Assembly: GCA_963777605.1 (NCBI GenBank)
Contig: CAVZRV010000010.1
Span: 384,001-448,000, forward strand
Length of the DNA stretch: 64,000 bases
Direction: 5' to 3'
Origin: an uncultured Acidobacteriota bacterium
Lineage (GTDB): Bacteria; Acidobacteriota; UBA6911; RPQK01; JAPXNP01
Part shown: one piece after another, positions 57,564 to 64,000 of the stretch
Layout of the letters: each line of letters opens with the position of its first letter
Numbering within the stretch: position 1 is the stretch's first letter
Notes under the pieces: generated by a model
The model's database searches: none
Seen by the model: the letters and a program-made list of their open reading frames with translations, nothing else
Told to the model about the DNA's origin: nothing
Made by a program: the position numbers and the translations under genes

Positions 57564-59281
57564 TGGCTCGCAGACTTGCCGCAATTCCCGTCCTGATCGC
57601 GGCGATCTGCGTCAGTCTTCAGGCAATCTCGCCGGCTCCCCAAGACGTCGGTCAGACCGATCGGGAGATTGTGGAGTCCCTCGAACACCTCGGCGACGAA
57701 GGTGACTGGCAGGCTCTCCTGGAGCGGGCCGCCGACCTTTCCCCGGACTCCGCGGACCGTATTTTCTACGAGGGAATCGCGCTGGCGGGATTGGATCGGC
57801 GCAAGGATGCTGCTGAACGCCTTCGGAGAGGAGCATCCCTCTTCCCCGACGAGCAACGTTTTCCACTCGAACTCGCCGGCATTGAGTACCGGGAGCGAGC
57901 GTATGATCAGGCCCGGGAAAACCTCCGCCGGGCTTTGAAGATTGACCCCGACGACTCTTACGCGGCTGAATTCCTGGCGACCCTCTATTTCCTGGACGGC
58001 AGACTTCTCCCTGCCCTCGAATACTGGAACCACGTTGGCCGCCCCCGGCTCGACTCGATCGAGTTTCGTCCTGAGCCCGGTCTCGACCCTGTTCTACTGA
58101 ACCGGGCGATCTCGGCAACACCGGGTGAGGTCCTGACAGTTCGACAAATGCGCGACTCCACGTCCATTCTGGAGAGCCTCCAACTCTTCTCGCGGATCGC
58201 CCCGGAACTTGCGCCGGGCCCAAGCGACTCCTACACCCTCACACTCAGGCTGCTTCGGAAGCAGGGACTTGAATCCGGGGCGAAATGGGCGGCCTTGTCG
58301 GCCCTCCGGGAAATACCCTTCGAAACGCTCCATCTCGACCTGTTCAACCTCGACCACCGTGGCCTGTCCGTTCAGTCCCGGGTACGCTGGAATGCTCACC
58401 GGCGCTGGGCCACGTTCAAGCTTTCCCGGCCTTTTCCTGAGCGGCCGGACTGGCAGTGGCGGGTCAGCGGGAACTGGCGGGCGGAGGACTGGCGCTTTCC
58501 ACCACCGGATTTGGCGCAGCCTGAGAAAGAACTGCAGGCAGCGTTGGACCGGCAGGACGCCCGGTTCCACCTCACGAAGACCGCGGGGAGTCGATGGTGG
58601 TTAACGAGCGGGTTGCGTTTCACGAAGCGAACCTGGACACCGTCCACAACGGCTTCGGCACCCCTCTCCGATTTCAGCGATGGTGATTCCCTGCACTATC
58701 GGCTCGAATCCGGCAGGGAAATCCTCTACGACCCAGCCCGCGATCTCCGATTGACGCTGGCCGGGTCGTTCGAGGCGGGCCGCTTTCTCAATTCCAGTCG
58801 TTCCCGGATGGGGTTGCTCGCGGGCGACCTGAATCTGGATTGGCCCCTGGCCCGTTCGTCCAGGGACTGGCGAATCCAAGTCGGAGTTCGGGGAGGATCG
58901 ACCTTCGGCGATCCCCCCGTCGATGAGCAGTTCTCCCTCGGACTCGATCGCGACCACAACCGGGGGATGCGGGCTCACCCTGCGTTCCGTGACGGCTACA
59001 ATGGGAGTGCCCCGATCGGCCGACGCCTCTTCCTGGTTCGGTCGGACATTGAGAAGCGGGTCTGGGAACGCGATTTTCTCACCATATCGTTGGCACCTTT
59101 TTGCGATCTCGGGAAGGTCTCCGCTGGAGCACCCAGTTCGCAACCCTCCCTCTGGCTGGTTGATACGGGGGTGGAATTCCGGGTGAGGCTGGTCTCGGGA
59201 GTCGGATTCAACCTGGCCCTCGGCCGCGACCTGAGACAGGGCCGCACGTCGGTCTTTGCATACTCCCCCGAGTTCAATTGA
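57563..59281 (+). CDS. TPR + POTRA-like + Omp85-like beta-barrel outer-membrane protein
   Basis: Signal peptide, TPRs, POTRA-like PGEVLT...LESLQLFSRI, amphipathic strands, MRAH and DTGVEFR resembling Omp85 motifs; TAATG coupling to the C39 gene. Confidence 0.65.
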   Translation: MARRLAAIPVLIAAICVSLQAISPAPQDVGQTDREIVESLEHLGDEGDWQALLERAADLSPDSADRIFYEGIALAGLDRRKDAAERLRRGASLFPDEQRFPLELAGIEYRERAYDQARENLRRALKIDPDDSYAAEFLATLYFLDGRLLPALEYWNHVGRPRLDSIEFRPEPGLDPVLLNRAISATPGEVLTVRQMRDSTSILESLQLFSRIAPELAPGPSDSYTLTLRLLRKQGLESGAKWAALSALREIPFETLHLDLFNLDHRGLSVQSRVRWNAHRRWATFKLSRPFPERPDWQWRVSGNWRAEDWRFPPPDLAQPEKELQAALDRQDARFHLTKTAGSRWWLTSGLRFTKRTWTPSTTASAPLSDFSDGDSLHYRLESGREILYDPARDLRLTLAGSFEAGRFLNSSRSRMGLLAGDLNLDWPLARSSRDWRIQVGVRGGSTFGDPPVDEQFSLGLDRDHNRGMRAHPAFRDGYNGSAPIGRRLFLVRSDIEKRVWERDFLTISLAPFCDLGKVSAGAPSSQPSLWLVDTGVEFRVRLVSGVGFNLALGRDLRQGRTSVFAYSPEFN

Positions 59282-59297
59282 GGCCGTCTCCGGCCTG

Positions 59298-59975
59298 TTA
59301 ATCCAGCGGTGTGAGTTCGACCTTGCGGAACTCCACTTCCGTTCCCTCGGCCTGAAGGGCGATCTTGCCGGACGAAACCGAAGCATTAGAGCCGTCGTTG
59401 ACCAGGTCGCCGTTGACCCAGACTTTGACTCCCCGGCCGCGGCACTCGATGACCATGGTGTTCCATTCACCGAGGGGCTTTTCGGAGTTGTCGGTCAGGT
59501 TGAGGATATGCCGCGCATCCTGGGGCCCGCCGCCATACTTCTGGCCGGCCTTGCGTGGTCGCCTCTGTTCCATGTTGGGGACTTCAATGTTCTCCTCGAT
59601 ACACCAGAAATCTCCCGCGTCTCCGGACTGCATCTGCACTTCGATGGACTGGGGAAACATCCCGTAAAGGGCCCGCGATTTTGAGGCGTGAACCAGCACG
59701 CCGCAGTTGCCACCTTCGTGAGGGAATCGGTACTCCACCTCGAGCCGGTAGTTGGAGTAGGTCTTGTTGGTAACGAGGTGCCCGCCCGGTTTGCCCATGC
59801 TGACCAGCATCCCGTCACGAACAATGAAACTGGGAGAGACATTGGGGTTCTTGTCCGCCTCGGGAACGTCGGCCGTCCAACCGGAGAGGTCTTTCCCATT
59901 GAACAGGGAGATCGTGTCGCCCGCACTGACCAGTGAGCACACTGCGATCGTAGAAAGGAGAATTCGTGAAATCAT
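59298..59975 (-). CDS. DUF1080 (3-keto-disaccharide hydrolase family) protein
   Basis: LFNGKDLSGW, GEWN, IALQAEG..VEFR motifs; signal peptide. Confidence 0.92.
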   Translation of the reverse strand: MISRILLSTIAVCSLVSAGDTISLFNGKDLSGWTADVPEADKNPNVSPSFIVRDGMLVSMGKPGGHLVTNKTYSNYRLEVEYRFPHEGGNCGVLVHASKSRALYGMFPQSIEVQMQSGDAGDFWCIEENIEVPNMEQRRPRKAGQKYGGGPQDARHILNLTDNSEKPLGEWNTMVIECRGRGVKVWVNGDLVNDGSNASVSSGKIALQAEGTEVEFRKVELTPLD

Positions 59976-60181
59976 TGCAACACTCTAAGCCAAGGCAACC
60001 TGCTCCCGCAAGCCGCCTTGAAACTCCCGGCGAGTTGAAGGATCAGGAGGGACTGGGGATTTGGAGAAACGGGAACCGTGGATGAACTGCTGGATCTGGA
60101 CGAACCAATTTCCGGGCTGGGAGGCTTTACGTCTCCGATTCATGCGAATACAATTTTACTCAAATCTAAAGGAGGATTTTC

Positions 60182-60475
60182 ATGCCTACCTACATTACCC
60201 TCTACCGGTACACCCAACAGGGCATCAAGAACATCAAGAAATCGCCCCATCGGGTCGAGGAAGCCAGGAAAGCTATCGAGAAAGCGGGAGCGAAACTCAA
60301 GGCCATCTACCTGACCATGGGTCAGTACGACCTCATTGCAGTCTCTGAGTGGCCCAACGAAGAGTCAGCGGCGGCCTTTCTGCTCGGCCAAGGTGCACAG
60401 GGCAACGTGACCTCGGAGAGCCTCAGGGCGTTCAGCGAAGAAGAGTTCAAGAGTATCGTCACCAAGATCGGCTAG
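60182..60475 (+). CDS. GYD domain protein
   Basis: YTQQG...TMGQYD...GNV..ESLRAF. Confidence 0.88.
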   Translation: MPTYITLYRYTQQGIKNIKKSPHRVEEARKAIEKAGAKLKAIYLTMGQYDLIAVSEWPNEESAAAFLLGQGAQGNVTSESLRAFSEEEFKSIVTKIG

Positions 60476-60623
60476 CCAAACAGGCATCCAGGGGTTCTTT
60501 TTTCCCAGGCGCTCCTGCTAGAGTGTGAAGCTCTGAACCTGCACTTGCCGGAAGCTTGCTCCGGTGGTGCAGTACCCGTTCAGATCGAAACTGCATCACA
60601 CGACAGGAAGATAGGAGAGGTCT

Positions 60624-61970
60624 GTGAATTCTTTTCTCCTTGGTGCCACGGTAATCGCCGCCCTGGGCGGCTTCCTCTTCGGCTTCGACACGGCCGTCAT
60701 TTCGGGGACTACCGGATGGCTGACCCGTGTTTACTCGCTGAGTCCTTTCGCACTTGGTTTTACAGTTGCCAGTGCCTTGATCGGAACAATCTTCGGCGCC
60801 ATCCTCGCTGGACGTCCAGCGGATATTTTGGGACGGCGCAAAGTGCTGCTCCTGATCGCGGTTCTGTACTTCGTCTCAGCTCTCGGCAGCGGGCTGGCCT
60901 GGGACTGGTATTCTTTCCTGGTCTTCCGGTTCATCGGAGGTCTTGGAGTCGGCGGCGCGTCGGTCGTTTCACCGCTCTACATTGCGGAGATCTCACCCGC
61001 CCGGTTCCGCGGGCGGTTGGTGGCAATGACCCAGTTCAACATCGTTCTGGGTATCCTGGTGGCATTCTTCTCCAACTTCCTGATTTCCAGAACACACCTT
61101 GGAACCATTGAATGGCGATTGATGTTTGGGGTTGAGGCCGTGCCGGCGGCTCTCTTCTTCGCACTTCTCTTCCTGGTTCCGGACAGTCCACGCTGGCTGG
61201 TCGCCCAGGGGCGAACCGCCCGGGCAACCGAGATCCTCGATCGACTGGGGACCGACACCGGGAACGTCGAAGCGGAGATTGCCGAGATCCGTCGCTCTCT
61301 CGATCTCGATCACCACACCCTGAAGGAACCGTTGCTGCAGCGACGCTACATGAAACCGGTCCTGCTGGCGGTAGCCATCGCGATGTTTAACCAGCTGTCC
61401 GGGATCAATGCCCTGATGTACTACGCACCGTACATCTTCCGAATGGCCGGAGCCGGGGAAGACTCGGCCCTTCTCCAAACAGTGGCGGTCGGAGGGACCA
61501 ACCTGGTCCTCACCATGCTCGCGCTGCTCCTGATCGACAGTTTCGGGCGCCGCAAGTTGATGCTGGTCGGGTCGGTGGGCTACATCGCAAGCCTCAGCAG
61601 CACAGCCTGGGCCTTTTACACCTACGGAACCAACTTCAACGCCACCGGAAGTCTCGTCGTTCTGATCAGCCTGATGGTTTTTATCGCATCTCACGCGTTC
61701 GGCCAGGGAGCCGTCATCTGGGTCTTCATCAGTGAGATCTTTCCCAACCGGGTTCGTGCCCGGGGACAGGCGCTCGGCAGTTTTACGCACTGGGTGATGG
61801 CAGCCCTGATCTCCTGGACTTTCCCGGTGATCGCCTCCATCTCGGGAGGTCACACCTTCGCTTTCTACGCCGCCATGATGGTGCTGCAGTTACTCTGGGT
61901 GATCTGGATCATGCCCGAGACCAAAGGAGTACCGCTCGAGCAAATCCAGAAACAACTGGGAATCGAGTAA
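60624..61970 (+). CDS. Sugar porter family MFS transporter
   Basis: GGFLFGFDTAVISG, PDSPRWL, NQLSGIN, PETKG. Confidence 0.95.
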   Translation: MNSFLLGATVIAALGGFLFGFDTAVISGTTGWLTRVYSLSPFALGFTVASALIGTIFGAILAGRPADILGRRKVLLLIAVLYFVSALGSGLAWDWYSFLVFRFIGGLGVGGASVVSPLYIAEISPARFRGRLVAMTQFNIVLGILVAFFSNFLISRTHLGTIEWRLMFGVEAVPAALFFALLFLVPDSPRWLVAQGRTARATEILDRLGTDTGNVEAEIAEIRRSLDLDHHTLKEPLLQRRYMKPVLLAVAIAMFNQLSGINALMYYAPYIFRMAGAGEDSALLQTVAVGGTNLVLTMLALLLIDSFGRRKLMLVGSVGYIASLSSTAWAFYTYGTNFNATGSLVVLISLMVFIASHAFGQGAVIWVFISEIFPNRVRARGQALGSFTHWVMAALISWTFPVIASISGGHTFAFYAAMMVLQLLWVIWIMPETKGVPLEQIQKQLGIE

Positions 61971-61972
61971 AT

Positions 61973-62014
61973 GAAAGCCGGACCAGTCTGACAGGTCGGA
62001 CCGGTCCGACTTTC
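61973..62014. terminator. Hairpin between convergent genes, possible bidirectional terminator
   Basis: gaaagccggaccagtc...gaccggtccgactttc imperfect inverted repeat. Confidence 0.45.
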
Positions 62015-62039
62015 AAGGAATCAGGCTAAGCCGTGACGG

Positions 62040-63509
62040 CTACGCAAACTGAGGCAAGTGCTCTTTTTGCGCCTGAATGAGCGCATCCGCCAGTTTGGTG
62101 GCTGTCGAATAATTGCTGACTCCGCCATCCAGGATCAGGGCTTCCACGAACATCTTGAAGTTGCCCGTCACGGCCGCTTCGACCGTCGCCTCGACGGCAG
62201 CCAACCGGTGCAGCAAGACCGACACGATCGGGACCGGCAGTTCCCCGATGGGCTGGGCAACCATTCCATTTACCGTGGCCCGGGCCGGGATTTCGAGAAT
62301 CGCTTCTGGAGGAAGATTACTCACAAGCCCCTGGTTTGGAAGATTGGCCGCGTAGAGGTTCCGACGATCATGCCAGTAGCTGTGGAAGATGTCCATCGTC
62401 TGCATGTGTTCGCCGGAAGTTGACTCGAGACGTTCATCGTCAATCGGGCCCTGCTCCTTGGCCAGGCTGATCGTCTCGTCGTAGATGCGGTCGCCCACGG
62501 CAATCGTCCGCTCAAAGGAATACGCGTCCACACCCAGAACGCTGCCGTAGTACTTTCCATTGGGAAATCGCGCGGGAAAGTACTCGGTGACGTGGCGATC
62601 CATCGGCGCCGGAAATGCCCCAAACTCTTCGAACAGATCCCAACTGAAAGGATGCGTCAGCATTCCCGGGTTCCGCTCCTGTCCGAAGGGACCCTTCCAA
62701 CTATCCGTGTCGATACCTTTGGAACGAGCTGCTGCCAGCTTTCTCCGGATTACCGGCCAGAGATCGACCCCGTTGTGGCGAAGGTCATAGATCCAGGTCA
62801 AGTGATTGAGTCCGGCCCAGGAGGCAGTGACTTCGTTTCGCGGTACGCCGGCAACGTTGGCCAGGTGATGCACCGTCTCCTCGGTGCCCATGCACAATCC
62901 GACAACCGGGAGGCTGGTTTCCCGGCGCAGGGCCCTGACCACAGCCGTCATCGGGTTGGAGTAATTGATGAACCAGGCGTCCGGGCACATCTTCTCGACG
63001 TCACGGGCGATGTCCAGCATCGGCGGAATCATCCGCATGGCGCGGGACACCCCACCCGGCATCACCGAGTCGCCAACCGGCTGGAAAATGTCGAACTTTC
63101 GGGGTACGAAGACATCCTGCTCCCAGGCCCGGCGGCTTCCCACGCCGATCGTGGAAATGACGATCGTCGCCCCGTCCAGCACGTCTTTCCTCTCCACCGA
63201 CGAGGTGATCTTGGCAGGCTGATCGGTCGAGAGCATGTAGCGGCGAACAAGCTTGTCGGTGGCTTCCAGGATTACCGGGTTGATATCGACCAGGGCGATC
63301 TCCCAATCCCCGGGCGGACGCTGCTGCATCCAGTCGATGACTAACCCCTGGGTGAACATTGCGCTGCCGGCACCGATCAACACCATCTTCTGTGGAGCTG
63401 GTGGAGCGGGCGCCGTCTTGCGGTCAAAGGACGGCGCTGCACCCGCTGAAGACATCGCAGACCCGGCCGCAGCGGCACTGAGAATCTTGAGAATCGATCG
63501 ACGTTTCAT
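62040..63509 (-). CDS. Family 4 glycoside hydrolase (MelA-like) with twin-arginine signal
   Basis: IGAGSAMF NAD motif, NYSNPM, GLC, GLNHLTW, DRHVTEY; N-terminus MKRRSILK. Confidence 0.88.
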   Translation of the reverse strand: MKRRSILKILSAAAAGSAMSSAGAAPSFDRKTAPAPPAPQKMVLIGAGSAMFTQGLVIDWMQQRPPGDWEIALVDINPVILEATDKLVRRYMLSTDQPAKITSSVERKDVLDGATIVISTIGVGSRRAWEQDVFVPRKFDIFQPVGDSVMPGGVSRAMRMIPPMLDIARDVEKMCPDAWFINYSNPMTAVVRALRRETSLPVVGLCMGTEETVHHLANVAGVPRNEVTASWAGLNHLTWIYDLRHNGVDLWPVIRRKLAAARSKGIDTDSWKGPFGQERNPGMLTHPFSWDLFEEFGAFPAPMDRHVTEYFPARFPNGKYYGSVLGVDAYSFERTIAVGDRIYDETISLAKEQGPIDDERLESTSGEHMQTMDIFHSYWHDRRNLYAANLPNQGLVSNLPPEAILEIPARATVNGMVAQPIGELPVPIVSVLLHRLAAVEATVEAAVTGNFKMFVEALILDGGVSNYSTATKLADALIQAQKEHLPQFA

Positions 63510-63580
63510 GGGGACCAAGTCGATCAGAGCGCCATGAACATGTCAACAGAAATTGCAACTTTGAACGGTTTTTATGATGA

Positions 63581-64000
63581 TCAGCTGAAGGTGCCGGACT
63601 CCGTCATCGTGGTCAGGAGGTGGTAGGACCGGAACCATTGCTCCTGGCTCGTCAATGCGACCGTCTCGAGTTCCCGCAGCGTTGCCGCCCTATTCCGGCC
63701 GGCCGCGGTGGTCGTCGTCCCTGCTGCCCCCATTGCTGTGGAAACACCCGAATCTCCGCCGGCGACATCGCCGCGTGTTCTGCTTCCCCGCCTGCACTGC
63801 TTTGCCGGCTTTGTCGGCCGGGGACACTTCGGGAAGAATCGACTCCAGTGCAGCCGCGACCTGTTCCTGATCGACCACATCCGCACCCGACAGCTTCTGA
63901 ACCGACTGGCTGTGTTTGTCGGAATCCGGTGGAGCCATATGGAAGGTCACATCTTCCGAGGATCCATCCTGGTAGCGAACGCGGTATGTCACCGAGCCGG
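63581..64000 (-). CDS. 3' end of a hypothetical gene entering from window end, probable frameshift near 63775
   Basis: Overlapping ORFs 63690-63992 and 63581-63886 read as one plausible protein tail. Confidence 0.4.

Overview
GC-rich (roughly 60%) bacterial DNA, most consistent with Acidobacteriota (inference from a GTTC-N7-GTTC SOS box, the tonB-exbB-exbD-exbD-TPR cluster, and Tat-exported Gfo/Idh/MocA, DUF1080 and DUF2911 genes). Bases 1-11.7 kb are intact housekeeping genes on the minus strand: recA 5' end, rel, a TonB/ExbBD/TPR operon, secF-secD-yajC-tgt and a beta-propeller gene. tRNA-Asn(GTT) at 11906-11981 opens an accessory hotspot. It holds a four-helix-bundle gene bracketed by heptamer-built direct and inverted repeats, REP-like palindromes, an MNT antitoxin with a stub of its probable HEPN partner, an att-like copy of the tRNA 3' half, and a decayed retron-type reverse transcriptase. 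Further on are frameshifted hydrolase and methyltransferase genes, a giant surface protein of about 2,650 aa, and an enolase behind a fluoride riboswitch. The right half carries ric, a GH20, an NTT-HEAT-cNMP gene next to an orphan secretin, two PAS hybrid kinases, queE, a membrane-anchored HTH regulator, a PA2779-like/C39 peptidase/TPR-Omp85 operon, a sugar porter and a Tat-signal GH4. Best candidates for undescribed systems: (1) the precursor + C39 peptidase + TPR-Omp85 operon, (2) the repeat-bracketed four-helix-bundle cassette in the tRNA trailer, (3) the NTT-HEAT-cNMP/secretin pair. Many frameshifts fall in short homopolymers and may be assembly errors. All family calls come from motif recognition by eye, not database searches.
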